Positions 25,421 to 41,668 of a stretch of DNA of 64,000 bases are shown piece after piece. The notes under the pieces are model-generated. The model did not search any database. It was not told the DNA's origin and saw only the letters and a list, made by a program, of their open reading frames with translations. This stretch comes from Eledone cirrhosa. Its lineage: Eukaryota. The DNA is taken from positions 372,000,001-372,064,000 of the forward strand of contig OZ024741.1 in NCBI GenBank assembly GCA_964016885.1, given 5' to 3'. How positions within the stretch are numbered: position 1 is the stretch's first letter; the number at the start of each line of letters is the position of its first letter. Made by a program: the position numbers and the translations under genes.

Positions 25421-25509
25421 TTGAGATGTGAAGCATGATCTGAAAGACTTCGCTAAGTGCTGCTATTGAGTTAGTACTGGGCACTACCGGTCGAAACCTA
25501 TCAAAGTTA

Positions 25510-26878
25510 TATACATACATACATGCATACATACGTACGTACGTACATACATGCATACATACATACATACATACATACATACATACATACATACATACAT
25601 ACATACATACATACATACATACATACATACATGGTGGCTGCCAACTCGTTTTCGAGTACGGCCAATACTTTATATCCATCTAGGAGAACGCCTACCGATG
25701 CGCTGAACGAATATGACTTTTTAGTCCAGCCAGCGACTTGAAAACTCTGGTACAAACACTACACCTGTGACAATTATTGACACATAGTGCTGGGCCCATG
25801 GTACCATGTAACGACAAGTGCAGAAAGATCTCCAGATATAAAGCAATGCCTGTGCCGTGAAGCTTTTATAGTGAGCAAAGGCACTGCACAAAGCCAGTCC
25901 CACTCTCTTAACCAAGATGATATTTACCAAAAAGAAGAACAAGTCAACATCATTGGATACCATCAGGGTTGTAGGTGTTATATCAGAGTTTTCCTTCTCC
26001 TAGAATTCTGCCTTGACAAAGGCTAATGGGTCATCTCTCCCGGTGATTTTGGATGGCCATTGACTCTTGAGAGCTCCTTTGCCCTTTGACAGGTTTTGTT
26101 TTTAATCCTGCAGGATGTCCAAAGTCACCCTCCTCACCAAGAAACCTTGGTGGGGTTGTCAGTTTAGTCGCCAACGACCCGACCATGAGACAGGTTGTAC
26201 TGGGATACATGTTACCAGTAGCACCAACATACATACATACATACATACATACATACATACATACATACATACATACATACATACATACATACATACATAC
26301 ATACATACATGATGGCTGCAAATTCTGCTAAGAGTACTGCAATCGCTTGTCAGATTACAGGGCTTGGTGCACTTCTAGGCTACGACCAGCCACACAAACC
26401 TGTAACATATCCTGAACAAGCAATGCCTGTGCTTTGAAGGTTTTTTTAATCCCACTCTCTGAGCATCGAAAACACTACCCGAAAAAGAGAACTGGTCAAC
26501 ATCATTGGATGCTTCTGAAGCCGCAGGTTTTTTTCAGAGTTTCCCTCTTTTAGAAAGGTGTTCTGACAACAACTGGGGGCCTTTCACTTCCAGGTGAAAA
26601 AGAAAAAACAGTACTATTTGGATGGCTGTTGACTCTGCTGAGTTCCTCAACCCTTTGCCGGGTCTTGTATTTCATCCCCCAGAGTATCCAAATATCACCC
26701 TCCTCACCAAGCAAGCTTGGTGGAGTTGCCGGTTTAGTCACCGACGACCCGACCATGAGACAGGTTATACTGGGTTACATGTTACCAGAAGCACTCGAGA
26801 GCGACCTGACACATACATACATACATACATACATACATACATACATACATACATACATACATACATACATACATACAT

Positions 26879-26880
<2 letters not shown>
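25510..26880. repeat. Two diverged ~500-600-bp units delimited by (ATAC)n tracts
   Basis: Shared blocks, e.g. AAGCAATGCCTGTGC (~25841, ~26418) and TCACCCTCCTCACCAAG...GACCCGACCATGAGACAGG (~26125-26195, ~26696-26765); each unit is followed by (ATAC)n. Confidence 0.75.
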
Positions 26881-26911
<31 letters not shown>

Positions 26912-26996
26912 CGGGATAACAGGTTATCGTTATAGGCAGTCCACTTAGATGTAGTCCAGTTAGAGTACTCCGTGTAGTGGATGCCAATAAAATCTG

Positions 26997-27212
26997 GAAC
27001 TTAAGGACAAAAACCTTGATTACAATATTAGCTGGTCGAAATTAGCGGCCGCAAAGGCCTATAGCAGCGGTATGTCCCATTGCGGGCTCTGCAACCTTGA
27101 ATTGCTACATATCTTAAGGAACAATAAAATGCTACTCAACAGCAAAATAGAAAGGTCAATTTTCTGCAGACATAGGATTGCTACAAAATCCGCGAGATTT
27201 AAACCACCGTGA
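26997..27212 (+). mobile_element. Penelope-like element ORF C-terminus (relic), followed by ~1.1 kb of probable 3' UTR/pLTR
   Basis: Translation ELKDKNLDYNISWSKLAAAKAYSSGMSHCGLCNLELLHI...LLNSKIERSIFCRH matches the GIY-YIG C-terminal pattern (Y.I.W...C.LC..E...LLN...E....CRH) of Neptune/Naiad-type PLEs. Confidence 0.65.
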
Positions 27213-28336
27213 TTCGAACCAGCATCCCCTATGTTAATGGAATATCACTTAGTATTTAACATATGAAATCCACATTCTCACACAGCCCAGTACAGAATCA
27301 TAATCTTCTAGCCCCCCTAAATCTATACCACTAGGATGGGGCAGTAATGTCTACACTTATCTTGTCAGCCCATAAATCAATCCCATCTTTGCTGTTGTTT
27401 ACTCCTTCGGACCAAACAATTATATCTACATATCTCACATTAGCATTCATGATCTCTAACAGATGATCTTAATTCTAAGTACATTATCTTATTATTCCTA
27501 CACTCCTTGAAATCTTATTTTCCTCTTATTATTATTATGATAATCTCAATGTATCCCTAATTTTATTCATCATGTTCTCTCAATTTACCAGGCATATTTT
27601 ATTATTTTATTACTTTTATTGTATCTATTATTGTTGTTATTATTGTCTTATTTATACACTATTTGTTAGTGATGTTGTGAAAACTAACCCCCATGATTCG
27701 AACTAACAATCCCAACTTTTAGAATAGGCCACCTAAATATCGAATCTACAACTTCACTTAACACCACATAAAAACTATATATCTATATGCACCCACCCTA
27801 TCATTCTCACTAAATTAATACAACGAAAATACTTATCTGTCAAACAATAAATAAATCTCCGGTTTATTGCCAGTGTGCTTTCAGACCTACAGCACACACA
27901 TATACCTCCTAAATCCTGACTCCAAGTACATTTTATCAGTTATCTCTTCACCACCTTAACACTACATCTAATGTACCCTATAGCAGTTTTCACATGTCAA
28001 TTTCATACATCTGTATCATATTAGTTCGTTTAATATGCTGGTTCATCATTATACTCTATTTCTTACTTATTTTGATGTTATTATTTTAACTATTCAGTAT
28101 ATAGTTATTTTATTATTGATATTATTGTTCTGGTTTAATACCAAGCCTCTATAAAAGCCATGCCTTGAGTATCTTCCTCACTTTAGCACCCTCTGATGAA
28201 ACGACTGGTTATAAACAAAGTATTGGAGATCGATTGACGCAACATCAAGCGAGTAGCGAGAACTCTAGACCTACCAGATCAAAGAAACAATTGTCAGCAA
28301 TGTGAATAAAGCCAACCATGATACTCTTCTTTCTTG

Positions 28337-28422
<86 letters not shown>

Positions 28423-28569
28423 ACGCCATATGATGACGCCATCCCACGGGCTGGACGGGCAGGCCGTAAGTGTAAAGTCTGATTTAAGCCAGAAGTCTCA
28501 TTTGGCTGGTGCTTATCCCGGTTTCATGGCGTGAAGCGACTGAGAGTACAAGACTTGTCCCTGGAGTCG

Positions 28570-29475
<906 letters not shown>

Positions 29476-29538
29476 TTCCTTCCATATACTGTACCGATTG
29501 TGTTGTTATTTCTGTTTACCTTTTAAATACATACATAC

Positions 29539-29996
<458 letters not shown>

Positions 29997-31019
29997 CACT
30001 ATATACTATATAAATAGCAATTTCTGCCTGTCTGTGCGTAACCAGTTGGCGTCTAAACCAGTGATCCGATCCTGATGAAACTTTACACATATGTTAAGCT
30101 AATATTCAGAAACAGGACTGGCTAATTGGATTTCAATAAAAATCAATAATGGAATCCCTGGGGACATTAAACCCTCCCTCCCACTACTCCCCTTCCTCCT
30201 CCCACAACTCTGTCCTCCAAAACGAGGCAACAACTTCTTTGCTTTTTTGTTCTTCATTCTGTAGCGAGAGAGAGAGAGAGAGGGAATGAGAGAGAGGAGA
30301 TAAGAAAATTGACTTTTCATTGTATAATTTGCAAGTAGAATTTCTATCCCCCAAATGTAATATTTATTTTTTTTAAATGAAAGATTTAACATTTTTCTAC
30401 CTGTACCAGTTTCATAAATAATTGTTTCTATTTTTAGGCACAAGGCCAGCAATTACCCAGTACATTACTGTTACTTTATTTTATCGACCCCGTAAGGATG
30501 AAAGGCAAAGTTAACCTCGGCGCTCATAAATAATGACCTTCAGATTGTAGATAATTATTCGACCATTAACAGCATGATATCCATACAATATTCTTTAGTT
30601 CCTTGTTCACTGCATCACCATGTTATTTTCAATACCACAATTGCTCAATAAATGCCCCTTGCTGAAAGAAAAATCGGCGGCGAATTAGCAAAGTTTTTAG
30701 TACGTTGGATAGAATACTTTATTGTGTTTGTTTTGGTTGTCTATCCTATAACTACAAATCCCGCCAAAGTCAACTTTGTCTTTCATCCTTTCATGGTCGA
30801 CATCTAAAGTACCAATCAAGTACAGAGTCGATTCTTTTTTTCACTTTCTCTCTGTTTCTCTTTCACATTTTCACTTTCTCTCTATTTCTATTTCACTGAA
30901 AGAAACCGGCTGCATTCAGATCTGGAGAGGGATGGACACCATAAGGATTAAATGAGCAAGTCACGCCGTATCTCAAGACGGCGCCCCTGCGACTCTATCT
31001 ATCTTAGTTGAAGGAAAAG

Positions 31020-31950
31020 AACTGAAAATAATTGTTAGATTTGTCAACCTGGGTAACACACTCAGTCATTCTTTCTTCTTAGATGGCAAAAGGTTTTTAA
31101 GGCTTCAAAAAGCAACTGACTCCTTCAGGGCCCTTGAGTACCGACTGGTCCCAACGTAGCATCATGAGGTTTACAAAAATTGCTGTGAATTATGTGTGTA
31201 TTTACTTCTCTTCTTTACTCACCTGAAATATGGGTCCTCTACAAACATCATGTAAAGATTTTCAAGTGCTTATATCAGAGATGTTTTTAAATATTCTGAA
31301 TGCCAGCTGATTCTCACGGATTCTAGACACAAAGACTTTTGAGGCGAGCTGACATCTTGAGTATTGGATACAAGCACGGTTTGACACATTTTACGAATCA
31401 ATGATCAGTGAATCTCGAAACAGATTTTGTATGGTAAGTAGCATGCCGAAAGCAACCCCAGCACAAACCAACGTTGCAGTTTAAGGATTCAATAAAGTCC
31501 GCTTTGAAAGGATTTAAAATGCATGAGGACAACTGGGAAAGAAATGCTTTTTATTACTACCTATGAAGAAAATCAATAGAGAATAATTGTTTATACTTTA
31601 GGCATAAGGCCAGCAATTATCCCAGTACATTACTGGTGCTTTATTTTATTGACCCCGTTAGGATGAAAGGCAAAGTTAACCTCGACGGAATTTGAACTTA
31701 GAACGTAAAGGGCCATAACTCTGTACTGCTAAGAATGTTGTCCAACACTCTACCGATACTGCCAATCCACCTCCCTTCGATAGAGAATAATAGATATTTT
31801 TGAATAAATACGCATTTCTCGTGCAGAGTTTAAGCGAGCTGCAAGAAAATGCACAATTTCTGAAGTTGGAGTAAACTTGATCTGCAGTATTTGTGGTCGT
31901 AAATATCTTTCAAAATCTAACCTAATTAGTCATCGATGAATTCATACAGC
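31020..31950 (+). mobile_element. Degenerate RTE-clade LINE fragment interrupted by a SINE
   Basis: Broken-frame motifs FVNLGNTLS, KATDSFRAL, TKIAV, KQILYG, LQFKD and a terminal CSICGR...SH zinc finger. Confidence 0.6.
31588..31779 (-). mobile_element. tRNA-derived SINE with 12-bp TSD
   Basis: Same family as 6983-7171; ATAGAGAATAAT at 31576-31587 and 31780-31791. Confidence 0.88.
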
Positions 31951-32305
31951 CGGATATTAAAGATTCAATTCTATGGTACGGTGCAAGCGGTTTTCTGATC
32001 CACCTAGCTTGTTTTCCTTATATCATTTCCATTCACACAGCAGATATCTCATATATGCATGTATGTGGAATGATAGACGGAAATTCTGTATAAGTTATTT
32101 GAAGCAATTAACAAAGACCGAGTGTCTTTTTCGAACATGAAATACGAAGTATCAGATGTGCAATAGAAAGAAGAATGAAGGAGTTGTGATATTTACTTAT
32201 TTTCCATGGCAGAAAAGACAAAACATAGATAAGAAACTAAACGTTCAGCATGTATTTATTACAAGTTCATTTTAGTCGTCTTTTTTTTCATTCGTTTTAT
32301 TTTAT

Positions 32306-32690
32306 TTGGCAGTACTGATAGAGCGTCAGACACCATGCTTTGCAGCAGAGAGTTATGGCCCTTTACGTTCTAAGTTCAAATCCCGCCGAGGTTAACTTTG
32401 CCTTTCATCCTTACGGGGGTCGATAAAATAAAGCAGCAGTAATGCACTGGGGTAATTGCTGGCCTTGTGCCAAAAGTAGAAACATTATTAGTTACAGGGC
32501 GGTGGATTGGCAGTATCGGTAGAGGGTCGGACGCCATGCTTTCCAGCATAGTTACGTCCCTTTACGATCTGAGTTCAAATCCCGCCGAGGTTGACTTTGC
32601 CTTTCATCCTTACGGGGTCGATAAAATGAAGTACCAGTAATGCACTGGGTATTTGCTGGCTTTGTGCCTAAAGTAGAAACAATTATTATT
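32306..32690 (+). mobile_element. Two head-to-tail tRNA-derived SINEs
   Basis: Copies at ~32306-32490 and 32497-32690, with A box TGGCAGTA..G.TAG and B box GTTCAAATCCC. Confidence 0.88.
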
Positions 32691-33574
32691 AGTTACAAAC
32701 TTAAAAGTTGGATATTACGATGATTGATGTTTGAAAACAATCTCCCTGGGATGAGTTTTGATCAAATCTCAATTTCATATTATTAAGTCTCATGCGGTTG
32801 ACACCTTTTGAAACATCTAAAATATATATACCATAATTTGTATATTTACAGTATTAGAAAGAACTGAGTTCTACAAAGAAGGGCTTACTAGAAAAAATAA
32901 AATTTTATAGGATTTCAAACATGTGTTCGTATATATTTGTAGAGTATTTTTGCACTAGAAAATGCCCGCCAGTCATAAAAAGATTGCAATCCTAGATTTC
33001 TATTAATTTCAGTGAGCATTTAGAGTTTTAATCGCCTGTTGGGAATGTGAATTGCTTTCAGTCCATTATTCTGACGCTATCAAGAACTCTATTATAACGT
33101 CATAACAGCAAAAAAAAAGAACATTTATTTTTCATTCGTCCCGATTTTCAAATAACCAATTTGACTGCATTCAATTCATTCGAAATATATAAGAAGCAAT
33201 ATATAAGAAAAACGAAGAACCATACGGTAATCTATTATTACATAATAATATAACAACATAATAATAATTACAATTATTACATAAATACAAACTAATGTTG
33301 ATTTTATCACCTTAGAAAATGAAATATTTGACCATAATACAGTTACAATATGTTTATGAATCTATTGTTAAAATCGCTGCTGAAAGTTATAAAACGCTTA
33401 ACTCAAATAATATGTAGCTTCTATTTATACGGTTTTACAATATTCACGCGAAAATAATCCATTTTCTTTGACAAAAATCTTTTTACTGTAGACGAATTCT
33501 TTTCGACTAAATCTGTCACATTCGGGGAAATTTCAAGAATTACAATATTATCATAATAAAGTTAATTTTTGAAA

Positions 33575-33750
33575 GGGTCGTGGGAGCAAAGTCATCAAAC
33601 ACTCCCTCCAACGGGTCCTATCAGAAGTAACCATCTCCAACTGATTCGGCTGGGTCCCCAAGTGTGATCAGCCAAGCTCATTGATATTATCCAATCATCT
33701 TGCTCGGGGTCTACCGCTGGGTCTCCTACCTGTTAGTTTCACCCGGAAAA
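33575..33750 (-). mobile_element. RTE LINE 3' fragment
   Basis: Minus translation VKLTGRRPSGRPRAR*LDNI...SDRTRWRE. Confidence 0.55.
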
Positions 33751-34025
33751 ATGTTCATTATATATATACGGGGTCGATAAAATAAAGTACCAGTAATGCA
33801 CTGGGTAATTGCTGGCCTTGTGCCTAAAGTAGAAACAATTATATATATATATAAATGTTCGGTAAACCGATACGTGCATGTATATACGTGTGCATGTATG
33901 TATATATATACATACTACTGTGCGTCTGTATACACATATGTATGTATGTATACATACATACGTACTTACATTTAAGTAAGTGCCGTACTAAGAGTGAGAA
34001 ATGAAATTTCGTTTCATTCTATTCC

Positions 34026-34075
<50 letters not shown>

Positions 34076-35220
34076 AAAAAAGAGGAAATCGAAAATGCAA
34101 CTGGAGTCTTTTTTTTTTTTAACATATTTATTTGGTTCAAAAACCACAAACCTCCATCTCAATTCTACTTTTGAAAAGCACAAGAACTGCGAAACCATTA
34201 AAGGAACCAAATAAATATATTTAAAAAAAAAAACTCCAGTTGCATTTTCGATTTCATCTTTTTTCCTTATACTTTCACTCGTGTAGGACACCTCGTTTTA
34301 TTTCATTTTGTAAAAAAAAAAAAACAATCGAACTAGACAAACTGAGTTTGTGCTTGTACGTTGAACCTTCCCACTCACTCGATGATTTCACGGAATTTGC
34401 ACTTCTGAAGTGCAAGTTCGTGATTCAGAGCGTACACGTTTAGTTATTAGTGGTAAGTCCAGGATTATGGCCGGGTATTAAACAATTTTGCCCGGACCAA
34501 TCGAAATCGTTGATTTCATCTCCGTATTCTGTGCACTGTGGTGCAATATTTGCACCCAGTACACAGAAGCAACGCATCAAAACCAGAATCATCTGGAAAG
34601 AACGGATGCGAATATATTTATAATAAAAAAATAATGTTGTCTCTGATGGAGACGAAACTAGAGTGTATTTGTATACATATAAACATGAGAAAACCCATCG
34701 CTAGAACAGCCGTTTAAACAGCCAATGCTGTCCAAGACAGCGAAGGGCAAAAATGCCTCAGAGGATAGAGACCAGTGGCCAGTGGTCAACAGAGAGAGAA
34801 TACTGTTCTAACAGAAAAATTACCGAAAGGTGGTTTTTCTACTAGTATGTGTAGTGTGCATATTCAAATATATATGCATGTAGATATGATACGTCAAATA
34901 AAATCGTAATTGAGAATATGTACAGAAATTGAAGAGAGACTGTGTTACACTCTCTTCTGTAATCAGCAAAGTAATCCATGATACATTTAAAAAAGACGAT
35001 GTTATATATAAACTGCATTACGGTAAAATGTAATGAAAACGAAAAAAAGAGTAAATTAGCGACGGAAATATAAACCTTATATAACGATGCAAGTACATGA
35101 ACGTTTATATAAGCGATATGATATAACGTGTTATGATATAACGGACGCTAACGGGAAGTGTAGACATTTGAAAATTTTAAAAAGTGAATCTTAAAATACA
35201 TTGTATATAAGCATATTTAT

Positions 35221-36278
35221 ACCAGATAGAAAAATGCGTACAGCAAAAAAAAGTAATATTGTTGGAATATAAACCTTTAAAAATACAGGACAAGAAACTA
35301 AAATAAAACTTTAAAAGAATAGGACAAGAAACTAAGATAAAACTTTAAAGAATTGGACAAGAAACTAACATAAAACTTTAAAGAATTGGACAAGAAATAA
35401 AAAATGTTACAATAATATTAGTGGCAAAATTTTTATTGGTAAAAAATCGAGTTCCACATTCATAGGCTCTGGGTTCCACATTCAGAGGTCGTCGTCAGAC
35501 CGGGGGGATGATTTGATCCTGGTTTGAACACCAATTGGGCCATAACCATACCCCTATTTCATCATTCGGCGACACGCCTCATATGTCATGCATAATGTGA
35601 ATGGACCCATGGGCCCATGAGCACAGATCTTGAGCAGCAGCGGACGGCCTTGTCGTCCCGCTCATCCTTGATCTTGACCAACCCGTCCATCTTCTCCTTG
35701 CATCTTGTCCTTGAGTTCAAGTCCGGCAGTCCAGATGAATGCGTGCCACAGCTTTCTGGTACAGGAAGGGAGAGTAGGAGGACTGGAGAGATGACGGGAC
35801 AGAGGGAGGGAGGACCGGTGGTTGAGGGAGGTGCCGTAGTCGGTGGTCAGAGTCGACATCTTGTCCCGGTCGTCTTCTCCATCTTCGTCTGGTGTTGCGG
35901 GACCAGAAGTGCATTCTTGGAGGAGACCTGCAGCTGCATCGACCAATTCTTCTTGCAATGGTCATTCTGACGGAGCAGAACTGATCAGCCAACCAACCCC
36001 AACCAGAACCAACCGCTCAGGGGCAACGCACAATGAGAGCATGACAATTATTATGCACTAATCAAGAAGATACTGGGGCATAGCACAGGAAACGAATAAA
36101 AAAATTTTGCCACTAATATTATTGTAAAGTTTTTATTTCTTGTCCAATTCTTTAAAGTTTTATTTTAGTTTCTTGTCCTATTCTTTTAAAGTTTTATTTT
36201 AGTTTCTTGTCCTGTATTTTTAAAGGTTTATATTCCAACAATATTACTTTTTTTGCTGTACGCATTTTTCTATCTGGT
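35221..36278. repeat. ~185-215-bp inverted repeats (with internal ~31-bp tandem units) flanking a 657-bp GC-rich spacer
   Basis: 35221-35437 is the reverse complement of 36095-36278, apart from one extra ~31-bp unit. Confidence 0.88.
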
Positions 36279-37030
36279 CTACTATTTTTTAAGGCAATGC
36301 AAGCAACAACTATCTAATAATTAAATGACCATAGTGAATTACTGACAAGTGATTGACATTTTAAAGTTCTTTTGAGTATAATTGCAATCTAGTTGAGGCA
36401 ACTGGCTTAATGACAAAGCTACGTCATTTCTGGATTACCTCCTCTAGCGTCACGCTTACTACTCACTCACTTGAACACAAGATTTATCAGCAAACTTTGA
36501 TTATAAACTTTTTCCCGCTGGACCAAATTTTTAGATTTTTAAGCCAAAAGATGCGTAATGATCTACTGTTCATGCTCATATAAGTTTTATCTCAGTTAAA
36601 TAAAGTAGAGCCGCGCTGTACTGTCGTAAACAGACGATTGCCAACGAAAACACGACCACAACAATATTACTAAACGGACTACCGTCCGTTTAGAATTTAA
36701 CCAACAGCTACGAAATTTAGTAGATAACTTATTTTAATAACGTCTTCAGAAAAAAATATCCTTGACACAGTTCCGCAGTCATCCAATCATTATATATTAG
36801 ATATATAAGTAGTAATTATTTACCCATCCAATTACTACACTAACACAACCACTAAACATTACATAGGGCTATTTACACACCTAAGCATAACATTTTCTCT
36901 AACACATAAACATACCGACAAACTATGGTATACTCCAGGATGTTTAATGGGGGTACGTGAGATGTTTTGCATTATAAAGTTATAAATACATGCATATATG
37001 TTCCTATTCATACTCAACCACTCACACATA

Positions 37031-38055
<1,025 letters not shown>

Positions 38056-38093
38056 ATATTAACAAATGGAAACTATATTTATAAAACCATATT

Positions 38094-38159
38094 TATTTCA
38101 TTATACATATTTCAAGGGCCACCAGAGCAAACTATGGTGCGCTTTCATCAGATAAAATA
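38094..38159 (-). ncRNA. Type I hammerhead (family shared with 53012-53072)
   Basis: Reverse complement TATTTTAT-CTGATGA-AAGcgCACCA...TGGTGgccCTT-GAAA-TATGTA-TA-ATGAAATA. Confidence 0.65.
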
Positions 38160-38298
38160 TAATATAGATTAGTTTTATAAATAAATATTGACATACCCTT
38201 AAAAAATGCAACCATTCTTTATATCAGTTATAAAATGTTTTATATCAGTTATAAAAATATTTTGCTTGTTGTATCCCAACAAATTAAATATAACCTCT

Positions 38299-39280
<982 letters not shown>

Positions 39281-39967
39281 GCATGAGGAGGGTAGAGGAG
39301 AATGACAGGTGGAGGGGGCTGTGTGTCTGTGCGTGCGGCGAAGTGGTCAGAGGGTCAAAGCATAGCAGCAGTAGAGGAGAATGGCAGGTGGAGAAAGTCG
39401 GTGTGTCAGTGTGTGCGGAGGTGCGGTGGACAGGGGAGAGGATGGGTAGGTGTGAAAGGTGGAGTGGGGGGTCGTGCGGGGGGTGATATTAGTAGAGGTT
39501 TTAGTGGGATGTGTGTGTGGGTGGGTGAAGGGGTGTGGGTGGAGCGGGGAGAGGGAGAGAAAGGTGTGGGGAACGGTGGAGGGAGTGTAGTGTACTGGTG
39601 TGTGTGTGCGTGTTTGGATGTGTGTGTGTGGGGGGAAGGGGGTGTTAGTGGGTGTTAGTATACTGGTGGTGGGGAAAGGTTGAATGCGGGTGTGTTAGTG
39701 GGGGTCAGTGGTGGTAGGGTGCGTAGAGTGGGTTGTGTAAGTGGGTGTGGGTGGGTGTGGGTGTTCGTGTGCGCGGGGTCGGGGGGATGTTAGTGGTATT
39801 AGTTGTGGGGTGGTGGGAGTGGATGTGTGGGTGAGGGTTAGTGGTGGTAGTAGGGTGTGTGGATAGTGTGAGTGCGTGTATATATGTACCGGTGGGTGTG
39901 TGCGTGATAGGGGGAGGGGGAGGGGGCGGGGAGGAGATGTTAGTATTGTTAGTTGGGGAGGGTGGTC

Positions 39968-40014
<47 letters not shown>

Positions 40015-40127
40015 TTCCAGGTTTGATAAAGTACCAGTCCAGGTATTGGACTGGCTAAATTGTTAGAGCATTAGACAAGATTCTTTGCAGCATTTGTTCC
40101 AGCTGTTTGCGTTCTGAGTTCAAATTC

Positions 40128-40369
40128 TGTGGGAACAAGAATGGGCCCAAACTATACCAACTTGTTTGTTGGATACGTCGAGGCCCATATCTTCTCCCAG
40201 TACATAGGGCCTACCTCTGAGCTATACGGTCGTTACATCGACGACTGTATCAGCGCCACCTCTCTCCCTCTCGTAAACAGCTCGACTGCTTTCACTCCTT
40301 CGTCCAGTCTTTTCATCCCGCTCTCACCTTCACCACCTCCGTCTCCGATTCTTCCGTCCAATTTCTCGA

Positions 40370-40431
<62 letters not shown>

Positions 40432-41260
40432 GATCACACTCCCCATACCCTCTCTACTTCCTCGACTTGACCTCCTCCCACGCCATCCACACAATTGCTC
40501 CGTCTTCGTCGGCTCTGCAGCCAGAACCATGATTTTGAGATCCAGTCTCAATGTATGGCTTCTCGCTTCATCCAACGTGGATATCCTCCCACTGTGATTC
40601 AAACTGCCCTTACTTGCGCCCGTGATACTGACCACGCCATAGCCCTCTCACCCACTAACGCCCACTCCCCAACACCCGTCTTCCTTTCCCCCTCACCTTA
40701 CACCCGTCCACCTTACCACTACGTCACCCTATCCTTCATTGCTTCCGAACCCTAGTTTCTGACCCCGCCACTTCTCGCTTCTTTCCCAACCCACCCATCA
40801 CTGCTTTTAGTCGCGTCCGTATTCTCCGTGACCATATTGTGCACAGTTCCTCCTCCCCTAGGACCCCTCGCGGCTCCCGTCCTTGTTCTCGCCCCCGCTA
40901 TAACACCTGCCCTACATAACACACCTCACCACTCTCACAGGTACGAACCGTTCTTTTCGCATTCGCCGCTCCTTCACTTACACCTCCACCAACTTCGTCT
41001 ATGCCCTCCGGTGTTCCCTTTGTGGGTCCATTTACATCGAACAGACAGGCCACCGTCTGGTGGACCGATTCACCGAACACCTAAGGGACATACGACTAAG
41101 TAAATACACTCCTGTCGCTCGTCGCTTCCGTTTCCCCAACCACTCTACTCAACACCTCACTATCTCAAGCCTCATTTTACATTACAGATCCATATTCTCA
41201 CTAGGACAAATCAGAACTTAATTTTCCGCCTTCCTTGGAACCACTTTTCCTAAAACCTCC
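40128..41260 (+). mobile_element. Penelope-like element relic (RT + GIY-YIG)
   Basis: GTRMGPNYTNLFVGYVE...YGRYIDDCI (RT), LLRLRRLCS...FIQRGYP, YIEQTGHRLVDRFTEHLRDI; frameshifted. Confidence 0.85.
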
Positions 41261-41263
41261 TTT

Positions 41264-41326
<63 letters not shown>

Positions 41327-41376
41327 ACACTCACACATAAACACAAGATCGGTTTAAACTCTATATGGGTATAGAG

Positions 41377-41668
41377 CAGTTATGGGCAAGCTGCGACCCG
41401 CGAAGCTTTCTGAGTGGCTCGCCTAAGTCACCTAAGTGAAATCTTTCTGATTTTTTTACCCCAACTTTTCAGTCGTAATTTATCTTTCTACCATTTTTAC
41501 GATCGAGGAAAACAACGTGTACGATTCTGAAGAAACAAATCAAAACAACCTGAGTTGCCGACTCTTTTTTTTTAATGTGAGCACGAATGTAAATTTGCGC
41601 TTGCGGCCCGCCTGATGATGAGCCATATCTCATGCGTCCTGCTTCTCGAAAAATGTTGCCTGTGCCTG
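41377..41668. mobile_element. hAT MITE (inverted homolog of 23536-23826)
   Basis: Ends CAGTTATGGGCAA / TTGCCTGTGCCTG; TSD GTATAGAG / GTCTAGAG (7/8 match, central TA). Confidence 0.82.

Noticed and set aside
28190-28298. CTGATGA ... GAAACAATTGTC at the end of a PLE 3' region
   Set aside because: The palindromic stem III is suggestive, but stem I is only 2 bp and stem II is not adjacent to the core, so it was not called.
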